Source: Luteibaculaceae bacterium | GTDB lineage: Bacteria > Bacteroidota > Bacteroidia > Flavobacteriales_D > Luteibaculaceae | Reading direction: 5' to 3' | NCBI GenBank assembly: GCA_047618705.1 | Contig: JBLHJD010000001.1 | Span: 1-60,538 of the forward strand | DNA length: 60,538 nucleotides | Shown here: one piece after another, positions 39,962 to 48,707 of the stretch | Layout of the letters: each line of letters begins with the position of its first letter | How positions within the stretch are numbered: position 1 is the first letter of the stretch | Program-made: the position numbers and the translations under genes | The notes under the pieces: generated by a model | Databases searched by the model: none | Seen by the model: the letters and a program-made list of their open reading frames with translations, nothing else | Told to the model about the DNA's origin: nothing

Positions 39962-41165
39962 GAACTTTGAGAAAGACATTCGTGAGCAAGTAACCGGAAA
40001 CGAGTTGCCGTACAACAAAAGTCATTGGGATGGGATAGAGCAAAAGCTCAATTTCCGTCGAAACGTAAAGCGTAGCCTACAGGCTGGCGCTGGTCTGTTA
40101 GTCATTGCGGCTGCAGCTATTTTTGCAATACCCGAAACACCAAGCACCCAAAATATTGCTGTTCCCAACCCGATTCAAAATGAACTTGTTGTGGATACAC
40201 CAATTCAGGAGCAAGTGAAAAAAGCAGAAGATCCGGTTAAAGTGCAACCAAAATCCATTACCCCAGCACCTCAAAAAGAGACTGCTGAAGTAAAGGATAT
40301 TGCACCTGAACCAGTAATTGATTCGAGCACAGAGCCTGAACAAGATGTAGCTGAAGAAGTAGAAGATAAAAAGGAAGACACTAAAACGGCTTCTGCTATT
40401 TTCCACGCAACAGCAAGTAAAGGCACTGCCTGCCCAGGTGATCTTATTGCTTTTACATCCCCTCAATTCCCAGAGCCTGTGGAGGTAACTTGGTTCTTTG
40501 GAGACGGAAAATTATCCGACAATCCAAACCCAAAACACCGATACAAAAAGGCCGGTTCTTTTGAAGTTAAATTAAAAGCAAGCTCTTTAATTTCGGATCA
40601 AGTTTGGACGGTTAATAACCTGAAGAACATTACTGTTTTTGAAAGCCCTTCTGCGAATATCGAAGCCATTAACCTAAAGGATAATGGCGTTCCTTACCAC
40701 CAATTTGAATTGGATGAGGAAACCGAAAAAGTAGCTTGGTTTGTCAATGGGAAATCGATCCAAGGTGATGGTCAGGCTTATCTGCACCACCCTGGAACAT
40801 ACGAAATTGAGGCTTTACAAACATCCAAGCACGGATGTATTTTTAAGGCAACAAAATTGGTTTCTATCCCAGAAGGTTTTAACTTTCTAGCACCAAACGC
40901 GTTTACACCGAACAATGATGGGATGAACGACGAGTTCTTACCTATCTCTTTAACAACTGGAGATTACGATTTTGTTTTGGACGTGTTTGACGCACAAACG
41001 GGAGAAAAAGTATTTGAAAGTACGGAAGGAAATAAAGGCTGGACAGGCTACCATTTTAAAAATGGATCTACTGTAAAAGCCGGAATGTTCGGATGGGCGC
41101 TGAAGGTAAAACTACCCAATGGTGAATTTGAAAACTACTCCGGTAGCATTGAATTGATACGATAA
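39954..41165 (+). CDS. Membrane-anchored anti-sigma-like protein with a PKD domain and a T9SS type-B (CHU_C) C-terminal domain
   Basis: 403 aa. Its ATG overlaps the sigma-factor stop (ATGAGTAA, 8-nt overlap).
- About 40 aa of cytoplasmic N-terminus.
- One TM helix: LQAGAGLLVIAAAAIFAI.
- A Pro/Glu/Lys-rich linker.
- PKD: VTWFFGDGKLSDNPNPKHRYKKAGSFEVKL.
- C-terminus: LAPNAFTPNNDGMNDEFLPI...GWTGYH...GSIELIR. Confidence 0.75.
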   Translation: MSKNFEKDIREQVTGNELPYNKSHWDGIEQKLNFRRNVKRSLQAGAGLLVIAAAAIFAIPETPSTQNIAVPNPIQNELVVDTPIQEQVKKAEDPVKVQPKSITPAPQKETAEVKDIAPEPVIDSSTEPEQDVAEEVEDKKEDTKTASAIFHATASKGTACPGDLIAFTSPQFPEPVEVTWFFGDGKLSDNPNPKHRYKKAGSFEVKLKASSLISDQVWTVNNLKNITVFESPSANIEAINLKDNGVPYHQFELDEETEKVAWFVNGKSIQGDGQAYLHHPGTYEIEALQTSKHGCIFKATKLVSIPEGFNFLAPNAFTPNNDGMNDEFLPISLTTGDYDFVLDVFDAQTGEKVFESTEGNKGWTGYHFKNGSTVKAGMFGWALKVKLPNGEFENYSGSIELIR

Positions 41166-41189
41166 CACCCACAATACCAAGGAATAATC

Positions 41190-41212
41190 GGGACTTAGGT
41201 CCCTTTTATTTT
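41190..41212 (+). terminator. Terminator after the anti-sigma-like gene
   Basis: The stem is gggac (41190-41194), loop ttag, then gtccc (41199-41203), followed by ttttatttt. Confidence 0.6.
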
Positions 41213-41392
41213 GCTTAACTAGTGACTACCAGTCATTAGTTGGATTAAAAACCACACACTATGCGAAGGTTGGAATGGTCTTGAACCATAAGGAAATCCA
41301 GCCCCGCTCGATGTATATGTCTAAAAACTACGCTACAAGTTAAAAGAAGTTTTAGATGTGGAAGAGTTCACCTCGTCCGATAACTCATTAAA

Positions 41393-41431
41393 GAGGCCTT
41401 CCTTCGTGGTTTTGGGAAGGCCTTTTTATTT
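41393..41431 (+). terminator. Second, orphan rho-independent terminator with no annotated gene in front of it
   Basis: The stem is (a)ggccttcc (41394-41402) with ggaaggcc(t) (41415-41423), followed by tttttattt. It lies 180 nt after the previous terminator and 73 nt before the giant-2 ATG. Confidence 0.6.
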
Positions 41432-41503
41432 CCTACCCTTTTTCACACAACCTTTCCAGTCAATTTTTGTCTTATATTATATCGATCGCTAACTTGCGAG
41501 ATA

Positions 41504-44500
41504 ATGAGACTAATTCAGTTCATTTCTGTATTCCTTTTGCTGGTTGGAGCAAAAACGATTGGGTATTCCCAAATCGCAACAGAAAACGATTGTGCCAATG
41601 CCATCGTGATGAGTGTTACCAGTAATAGCTGCATTGGTCAGGAATTCAACATCAATAACGCGACTCTATCAGGAGGCGACCCCATCCCGAGTTGCTGGTC
41701 CGCTCCCCCCTCCAATACTGTTTGGTTCAAGTTTACACCGGATTCCAGCTCAGTTTCCATCACTACAAATTTCAGTGGAAACAGGGTGAACGAAACACAA
41801 CTTGCTGTTTTTTCAGGAAACTGTGGTGCATTTAATGAAATAGGTTGCAACGACGACATTACAAGCACTAATTCCTTCTCAAGAACGCAGGTAGATAATT
41901 TAACACCTGGGAACACCTATTACATGATGGCAGATACCGAAGGAGAAAACGGAAACTTCTTCTTGTGTATCGAAAACATTTTAGCTCCCGGCTCTCCAGA
42001 ACCCATTCAAGATTGTCCAACAGCCCGTTTCATTTGCAGCAAGGCCCCCATTTATGTTCCTAATGGGACTGGAAGTAGTGGGATTATTGAAGAAATCCCA
42101 AGTTGCTTTGATATAGGGGGAGGTGAACGCAGCAGCCACTGGTATCGATTTTTCGTAAAAACTACGGGAACACTTGGTTTCTCAATAAAACCTAACCCAG
42201 CTGCTGATTACGATTTTGCTTTGTACGACATTACCAATACACCAGAAGGGTCTAACTTTTGTGATTTAGAAAATGAGATTGCTTGTAATTGGTCTAATTG
42301 GGGCGGCGGAGATGCGACCACTGGATTAGGATGTGCCAACTTTGTTCCTTCTGCCTACCCACCCTGCGAAGGGATGGTGGGTTTAACAGCTGGGAGAACT
42401 TACGCCTTAATGGTAAGTCGATTTGCCGAAAACTCTACTTCTGGATACGACCTTGAATGGGCCGGAACCAGTGAATTTGGAGTGCCTGATATTGACTTTT
42501 TTAATTCTACCTCCTGCCTGAACACCCCCACCCAGTTTTCATTTCTGAACCAAGGAAGTTACAGTTACACCTGGGATTTCGGGGACGGAGCCTCCTCTAA
42601 TGTGCAAAACCCATCCCATGTTTTCCCCAACGTCGGAAATTTTTTGGTTAAATTATATACTTCCAGCATCCCTGGAAACTGCCTTTCATACACCGAAAAA
42701 ATTGTAACCGTAGTTGAGCCAAGTGTTACAATTAGCCCGAAGGACCCCGATATTTGTGAAGGGGATGCTGTAAACTTCAATACTGTCGTAAACCTAAATC
42801 CGCCAGGGCCTTACACTACTTTTCACCAAAATGAAACTGGTGGAAACATCCCCGACAACGGAATTCCCTCTGTTTGGAATGGGAGTCAGGCAGGATCGCT
42901 GGAAAGCAGCATAAGTGTAAACGACCTCAATCCAAGTAATTGGGATGTAGATAAAATTTGTTTTAGCGCTGCCCATCCCAATGTTGAGGACATTCAAATA
43001 GTCATTGTTAACCCATGTGGAGATGTCACTAGAATGGTCCGAAATTCGGGTGGAAGTGGAAACAACTTTTTTAATACGTGTTTTTCAAAAAACGCCAGTG
43101 CCGGAACAACAATAGATGCTGACACTCCACCATTTTCTGGAACCTATGTACCAGAAGACAATAGTTTATTTTGGTCTATTCTTGCTTCCTGCTCCAACCC
43201 CAACGGTGTTTGGAAAATGCGCATTGGTGATGACAAAGCCAATGATATTGGAGTGCTTTTAAATTGGTCCATTGCGTTTTCGAGTCAAAACGGAATCAAA
43301 TCTTTTGCTTGGTCACCCACTACAGAATTGGAAAACTCAGGATCACTTTCCCCTACCGCAACGCCAACGGCCAGCCGAACGTATCAGCTTGTAGTTAATG
43401 ACTACCTGAACTGTGCATCCCAGGATGGGAGTACAATAACCGTAAATCCAAAACCAGATGCCGGTGATGCCAATACTGTTTATTTTTGTTCTAGGGATGC
43501 GGACATTAGCCTTTTCCCATTGCTCCAAGGAACCCCGGACAACTTTGGTAGCTGGTCGGACTTGGATGGATCTGGAGCTCTTAATGGCGCATTGGTTAAC
43601 ATCAAAAACCTGAATGGGACATACCGCTACCGATATACCATAACCGAAACCAATGGCTGTGAAAACACGAGTGCCATTGTTACCTTGATTGTAGAAAAAG
43701 ACAAAAATACGGGTGGGGATGCAACAATCCAGATTTGCCAAGATGGACAAACAATCCCATTATTCAATGCTTTGGCCGGATCACCGGACAACGGGGGTAC
43801 TTGGACAAGCAGCGCACCGGGAACTTTGTCCAGCACCAGTGGTTTATGGCAAGCACCTAACGCTATTAGCACAGGCGCGTACTCTTTTGTATACACCTTC
43901 CCCTCCGGACAAATTTGTCCTGAACGGACTGCAGAAATTGTGGTTAACGTGCAAACAAAACCAATTCCAAGGGAAGCCTTAATATGCCGGAACAGCTCCA
44001 ACTACAACCTGAATGCTGCTTTAAATAACCCCCATTTTATTACCGGATCTTGGCAAGAACAAAGTACTACTGGTGCGCTAAGCGATGGTTCTTATTTTGA
44101 CCCCACAGGATATACAGGAACTCAGCAATTTGTATTTCAAATAACCGGATTTGATTATTGCCCCAACCTTTCGAATCTTGCGGTTCCAGTTCAAATATTG
44201 GACAGCTTAAAAGCTGGTATACCTTTCTACACGTGCTCCGACGATGATACTGAATTCACGGCTAACATTCCTTTATCTGGGGGTACCCCACCGTACACGA
44301 CCAATTCTGGGAGCGTAAATAGCTCAGCTCCTTTTATTGCAAGCACGGTTCCCTACCTGTCTCTAAGTACACAAACCATTGTTCTCAATGATAGTTTGGG
44401 TTGCGGCCCTATTTCAATTGAAGTAAGTGCCGACTGTAATTGCACCACTGATGCGGGGACCATGGAAAACATCTCGGACACCCTTCGGAATTGTGGAAAT

Positions 44501-47500
44501 GGGGTCCATACTGCCGTGCACAACGGTGATTTCATCAACGATGGTGATGATAATTTAGTTTTTGTTCTTCACGAAAGTCCCTTCCCCTACATCTCCAACC
44601 TCAAGGCAACGTCCAACAACCCCACTTTTGGATATCAGCCAGGATTGGAGTACAACAGAATTTACTACATATCCGCAGTGGCTGGAAATAGAAATGGGCC
44701 TAATGCAGTGGACTATTTGGACCCGTGTTTATCTGTGAGTTCGGGGAAACCAGTAGAATGGAGGTTGGATCCAGAAATAACATTTAGTTTGGACCCAGAA
44801 ATTTGCGAAGGACAATCAGGTACGTTGGTGTATGAATTTACCCAAGGTGGTGGACCAGCAACGGCAACCTTTGATATCAATGGAACGCCAACCCAAATAT
44901 ATTTGAGTCGGGATACCGGTTCAGTAATAATAAACCCGAGTATAACTAGCACCTACAGCCTTACCTATATTCAGGATATTGCCGGCTGTTCTAGCAATCC
45001 GAATTTGGGGGATAAAACAATTGCAGTTAGTCCTTCACCGAATGGATTCATCACTTTGGAAGGAAGCTCCTGTTCGGACGACAGTCCCTACCAGGTAAAG
45101 GTTCATTTAAGTGGAAAAGGAGCTTTTTTTGATATTTATCTCAACTCAGAAGGAGGCTTAGAAACGTTCCCCAACATTGATTCCGGAAGTGTTATTAATG
45201 TTAACCCTGCGCAATTCCCGAGTACCTACACCCTCGATTCTATTTCGGACCTAGCGGGTAACAAGTGCCCAAGTGTTTTATCTGGAGAGGTTGATTTTTT
45301 TCCCTCCCCGAGAAGTTCCTTCACCATGAATCCTATTCATTGCGAAGGGGACCCGATTCCCATTCAATTTAACTCCACCTCACTTGGAGCGTACATACTC
45401 AAAATTAATATCCCTGGGACTGGGGATTCTTTGTTGAGTGGAAATACCGAAAACGTGATTTTAGAAATCCCGCCTATGCCAGCTGGGAGCTACTCGGTGT
45501 ACCTTGAAACCATTACTGATACTCTTTCTGGCTGCGGTCATCTAGTGGACCAAATTTTTAATTTCACCGTAAACCCCTCCCCCCGTTCCGATTTATCTGG
45601 GGACATCACTCTTTGCGAAGAAGCCGGTCTCAAAAGTGACCTCCGTTTAACTGGAACCATTGGGGCTCCTCCGTTTGTAGCTTATTTTTCATCCACCTAC
45701 CAAGGATCATTTACCATCAACTTCATCCAGGACACCTCCTTTTTAGTCTTGGCAGAAGCGGAGCCAGGGCAAACCATCACCAATAATTATTTTGTTTTGG
45801 ATTCCATCAAGGATGGTTCCAATGGATGTGTGGGTAAATGGAATGATACGGTAAATGTTCAGGTTAAAGCGACCCCTAGTTATAGCCATAACTCAAGTTC
45901 CTACGAAATTTGTGAAGGAGAAAATGTGGTCATTACTATTGATGGTTTTGGATACCAATCCATGCGCGGAGTGCTGGCGGGAACCAACAACAATGGAGAC
46001 ACCTTATTTAAGGATCTCTATTTCATGAATGAAGGGGCACCTATAGATATCCCTTACACTCTCACAGACACTACGCATTTTAGCATTATTGAATTTGAAG
46101 ACCGATCCAACCCGACCTGTAGTGGGAATTTAATTCCTGGTTTTATTGTTAACGTAAATCCGCTTCCTCAAATCCTGTTCAGCTCTGATAATGGGCAAAC
46201 TGAATTCTGCAGCTCCGACACGCTTTATCTTAGGATTACGAATGCAAGCGGCAATCCATTTAAATTGGACTTGGAACAAGAATTAGGCATAATACTGAGC
46301 AACGAAACGATACCTGGAAGCTCGGCCGTTTTCCCGATTCCGCTTAACACCATAACCCCGGGTACTCGGCAATTTTTCGCATCCAACATTTCGGATTTAA
46401 CCCCGGCCTCCTGTTCTTCCCCGTTTACGGATACTTTGAGCATTAATATTTATGCTAATCCAGCCGTGAAACTGGAGCGGATTTCCAATTTGGATGTCGC
46501 CTGCGAAGGAGATTTAATTGACTTTCTCATAACCCGAGAACAAGGATTTGGGGACCTGAATATTATTGGAGAACTCGATGGACTTCCGGAAAACTGGACT
46601 TTAATTGGCGATAGTTTATTTGTGTCCTACCCTGTTTCGGGAGATCATTTACTCGAATTAATTGTTAGCCAGGACAACAGTCCTGCTAGCTGCAGTAATT
46701 TGGAATCGGACATGGAGCTGTTTAGAGCCAAGGCGCTCCCTAATTTAACCTTGGATGGGGTTGTTCCTGTTTGTGAAGAAGGATTGGTTGAAATCCCCTA
46801 TCAAGCCTTTGGGGAAGGATCCATTTTAGTCTATTTTTCCACCAACACGGATAGCAGTTTTGTTGTACAAACTACAGAAGGAGAATTTGCCTTTCCGTTT
46901 TTCCCCAACGCCAATGGAGACCTTATTTTAACCGTTGATAGCATCTGGGATTCGGGTGTGCCCTCTTGCCTCTTTGAGAACACGGGTATCAGCACTCAAG
47001 TGCAGGTTTTCCCAACACCAGAGGTACGCTTTTCGGGCTTAAATTTAATGGGTTGCCCTCCCTTAGATGTGGTATTGATCAACGAAACTCCAAGTGAATA
47101 TAGAACCAACGGTGTTGCGAGATGGACCATAGGAAACAACACTTTTACGGACAATTCGGATAGCTTAAAATTGAGTTTTAATACGAGTGGTTTCATTGAT
47201 GTTCGCCTACATCAGATTTCCGAGCAAGGATGCGAAAGCAGTAAGGCTGAATTTTCATTTATTGATGTCTACCCCGTTCCGGAGCCTGATTTTAATTTTA
47301 GTCCAGAAAGCCCAGACTTGCAAAATTCCATTGTTGATTTTGAAAACCTCAGTTTTGGCGCGGATTATTACCAGTGGACTTTTGACACTTTAGCCGGATC
47401 TACGGATGAGGACCCTCAGTTTGCTTTCCCTAATATTGAAGAAGGAAGTTACACCGTGTGTTTGGTTACCTCTAATCAGGAAGGGTGTACCGCCCAAATG

Positions 47501-47818
47501 TGTACTCGGATAACTATAGAAGGGCGTGTGTTTGTTTTTATCCCGAATGCCTTTACGCCGGACAATAATGGCAAAAACGACATTTTCTTACCCGTGGTTT
47601 CTGGAATTCGTGAGGATATAAAAGGATATTCCTTCCTGATATTTGACCGGTGGGGAAGGCAGATTTTTGCGAGCAATGATCCAGAGCTAGGATGGGATGG
47701 GACGATGCCTAATCGGAAAATGGCCATTCCAGGTGTGTACACATACTCGTTAAAGTTATTCTCAAAATACCGGGGGCAAATTTTTCAATATCATGGGCCC
47801 ATTCAATTAATTCGCTAA
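41504..47818 (+). CDS. Giant secreted multi-domain protein 2 (2104 aa). It has the same head as giant 1 (two PPC-like domains, PKD, P-domain), then Ig-like repeats, one CxCxT module, PKD and a type-B CTD
   Basis: - Signal peptide: MRLIQFISVFLLLVGAKTIGYSQ.
- Head motifs: ENDCANAI..., SHWYRFFV...DYDFALYDIT.
- PKD: YTWDFGDGASSNVQNPSHVFPNVGNFLVKL.
- P-domain: AAHPNVEDIQIVIVNPCGD...NPNGVWKMRIGDDKANDIGVLLNWSIAF (about 42815-43285).
- CTD: IPNAFTPDNNGKNDIFLPV...FDRWGRQIF...GWDGT...YTYSL...IQLIR. Confidence 0.9.
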   Translation: MRLIQFISVFLLLVGAKTIGYSQIATENDCANAIVMSVTSNSCIGQEFNINNATLSGGDPIPSCWSAPPSNTVWFKFTPDSSSVSITTNFSGNRVNETQLAVFSGNCGAFNEIGCNDDITSTNSFSRTQVDNLTPGNTYYMMADTEGENGNFFLCIENILAPGSPEPIQDCPTARFICSKAPIYVPNGTGSSGIIEEIPSCFDIGGGERSSHWYRFFVKTTGTLGFSIKPNPAADYDFALYDITNTPEGSNFCDLENEIACNWSNWGGGDATTGLGCANFVPSAYPPCEGMVGLTAGRTYALMVSRFAENSTSGYDLEWAGTSEFGVPDIDFFNSTSCLNTPTQFSFLNQGSYSYTWDFGDGASSNVQNPSHVFPNVGNFLVKLYTSSIPGNCLSYTEKIVTVVEPSVTISPKDPDICEGDAVNFNTVVNLNPPGPYTTFHQNETGGNIPDNGIPSVWNGSQAGSLESSISVNDLNPSNWDVDKICFSAAHPNVEDIQIVIVNPCGDVTRMVRNSGGSGNNFFNTCFSKNASAGTTIDADTPPFSGTYVPEDNSLFWSILASCSNPNGVWKMRIGDDKANDIGVLLNWSIAFSSQNGIKSFAWSPTTELENSGSLSPTATPTASRTYQLVVNDYLNCASQDGSTITVNPKPDAGDANTVYFCSRDADISLFPLLQGTPDNFGSWSDLDGSGALNGALVNIKNLNGTYRYRYTITETNGCENTSAIVTLIVEKDKNTGGDATIQICQDGQTIPLFNALAGSPDNGGTWTSSAPGTLSSTSGLWQAPNAISTGAYSFVYTFPSGQICPERTAEIVVNVQTKPIPREALICRNSSNYNLNAALNNPHFITGSWQEQSTTGALSDGSYFDPTGYTGTQQFVFQITGFDYCPNLSNLAVPVQILDSLKAGIPFYTCSDDDTEFTANIPLSGGTPPYTTNSGSVNSSAPFIASTVPYLSLSTQTIVLNDSLGCGPISIEVSADCNCTTDAGTMENISDTLRNCGNGVHTAVHNGDFINDGDDNLVFVLHESPFPYISNLKATSNNPTFGYQPGLEYNRIYYISAVAGNRNGPNAVDYLDPCLSVSSGKPVEWRLDPEITFSLDPEICEGQSGTLVYEFTQGGGPATATFDINGTPTQIYLSRDTGSVIINPSITSTYSLTYIQDIAGCSSNPNLGDKTIAVSPSPNGFITLEGSSCSDDSPYQVKVHLSGKGAFFDIYLNSEGGLETFPNIDSGSVINVNPAQFPSTYTLDSISDLAGNKCPSVLSGEVDFFPSPRSSFTMNPIHCEGDPIPIQFNSTSLGAYILKINIPGTGDSLLSGNTENVILEIPPMPAGSYSVYLETITDTLSGCGHLVDQIFNFTVNPSPRSDLSGDITLCEEAGLKSDLRLTGTIGAPPFVAYFSSTYQGSFTINFIQDTSFLVLAEAEPGQTITNNYFVLDSIKDGSNGCVGKWNDTVNVQVKATPSYSHNSSSYEICEGENVVITIDGFGYQSMRGVLAGTNNNGDTLFKDLYFMNEGAPIDIPYTLTDTTHFSIIEFEDRSNPTCSGNLIPGFIVNVNPLPQILFSSDNGQTEFCSSDTLYLRITNASGNPFKLDLEQELGIILSNETIPGSSAVFPIPLNTITPGTRQFFASNISDLTPASCSSPFTDTLSINIYANPAVKLERISNLDVACEGDLIDFLITREQGFGDLNIIGELDGLPENWTLIGDSLFVSYPVSGDHLLELIVSQDNSPASCSNLESDMELFRAKALPNLTLDGVVPVCEEGLVEIPYQAFGEGSILVYFSTNTDSSFVVQTTEGEFAFPFFPNANGDLILTVDSIWDSGVPSCLFENTGISTQVQVFPTPEVRFSGLNLMGCPPLDVVLINETPSEYRTNGVARWTIGNNTFTDNSDSLKLSFNTSGFIDVRLHQISEQGCESSKAEFSFIDVYPVPEPDFNFSPESPDLQNSIVDFENLSFGADYYQWTFDTLAGSTDEDPQFAFPNIEEGSYTVCLVTSNQEGCTAQMCTRITIEGRVFVFIPNAFTPDNNGKNDIFLPVVSGIREDIKGYSFLIFDRWGRQIFASNDPELGWDGTMPNRKMAIPGVYTYSLKLFSKYRGQIFQYHGPIQLIR
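42815..43285 (+). other. P-domain-like region of giant 2 (aa ~438-594)
   Basis: It shows the same motif pattern as giant 1, and the protein has no protease domain. Confidence 0.55.
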
Positions 47819-48241
47819 AGGTTTACTCCAGTTCCAGAATTAGGCGAAATTATCTTCAAAAAATACACATCCTACTTTCGGTGACTTTTATAAAACGCAC
47901 CCCTAAAAGAATACAAAAAAGCCGATAAAAAAATTACTATCTCCTCGCCTAAAAGAATCTTATTCTAAAACCCCTAAAACAGGGCTAAGCACCTCTATAG
48001 CAGCACATTCTACCCATTCTTGAAATCTTATTTCCTCCACAAATAGCTCACAACAAGATGAGCGATGAATTTAACTTCACTAAGCACCTAATTAATTCGA
48101 TGAAATAAGGGCCCATGCTCCAAACACTTGAACCAAAGAAAATACCGCACTCTTTAAAACAGGCAGCTTATTCCTTTAGCTAGCGTTAACTTGACAGACG
48201 GAAATTTGGATTCCGATTAATAACAGAAATAAAATACTTCC

Positions 48242-48703
48242 ATGAAGAACGTCGTTTACTTAATTCTTGCTCTTGGTCTTCACCTATTTGCACCCCTATT
48301 TTCTTTTGGGCAAGATGGAAATACCCACCTTTTATTCAAAGAGGGAAACAAAGGTGTTGTAATCCAATCTAGTATTGAACATTGTGCCTACCCTTCGGAG
48401 ACAAATACAGAATTTGATTACCTGATGCTTAACGTCAAAAACACTAACAAATTTGCCGTTGAGCTTACTTTCGATAAAATCTCATACTACAACGGAGCTT
48501 GCACCAATTGTGATGGCTACATGCATCCCGATTTAAAATCCCGGGTGGTACTAAACCCTGGGGAGTCATTAAACCCTACTTGTGAACTCAACAAAAACCA
48601 AAACTTCAAGGTTTTAGTGCGGATGTCTCAGCACTCCAAGAAAAACCTCACAAAATTCAAAATTGCCAACGTATTGGTAGTTGACCAAACCATTAAGAAC
48701 TAA
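48242..48703 (+). CDS. Small secreted four-Cys protein (paralog of 57320..57754), first gene of the giant-3 operon
   Basis: 153 aa. The signal peptide is MKNVVYLILALGLHLFAPLFSFGQ. It aligns with the 57320 product through LF.E...C..P...YL...N.T.K...LT....YY...C..CD...L.P.E....C. The stop is 4 nt before the giant-3 ATG. Confidence 0.75.
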   Translation: MKNVVYLILALGLHLFAPLFSFGQDGNTHLLFKEGNKGVVIQSSIEHCAYPSETNTEFDYLMLNVKNTNKFAVELTFDKISYYNGACTNCDGYMHPDLKSRVVLNPGESLNPTCELNKNQNFKVLVRMSQHSKKNLTKFKIANVLVVDQTIKN

Positions 48704-48707
48704 TCAG

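Noticed and set aside
40098-40466. 122-aa minus-strand ORF inside the anti-sigma-like gene
   Set aside because: It is antisense to a frame with TM, PKD and CTD motifs. The sequence is Cys/Phe-rich and meaningless.
48681-48707. Track start codon of giant 3 at 48681 (MTKPLRTNQ...)
   Set aside because: It would overlap the last 23 nt of the upstream gene and would put 9 polar residues in front of the signal peptide. The ATG at 48708 gives a canonical MKRFYSILFSVAFFGFGL signal sequence 4 nt after the upstream stop.
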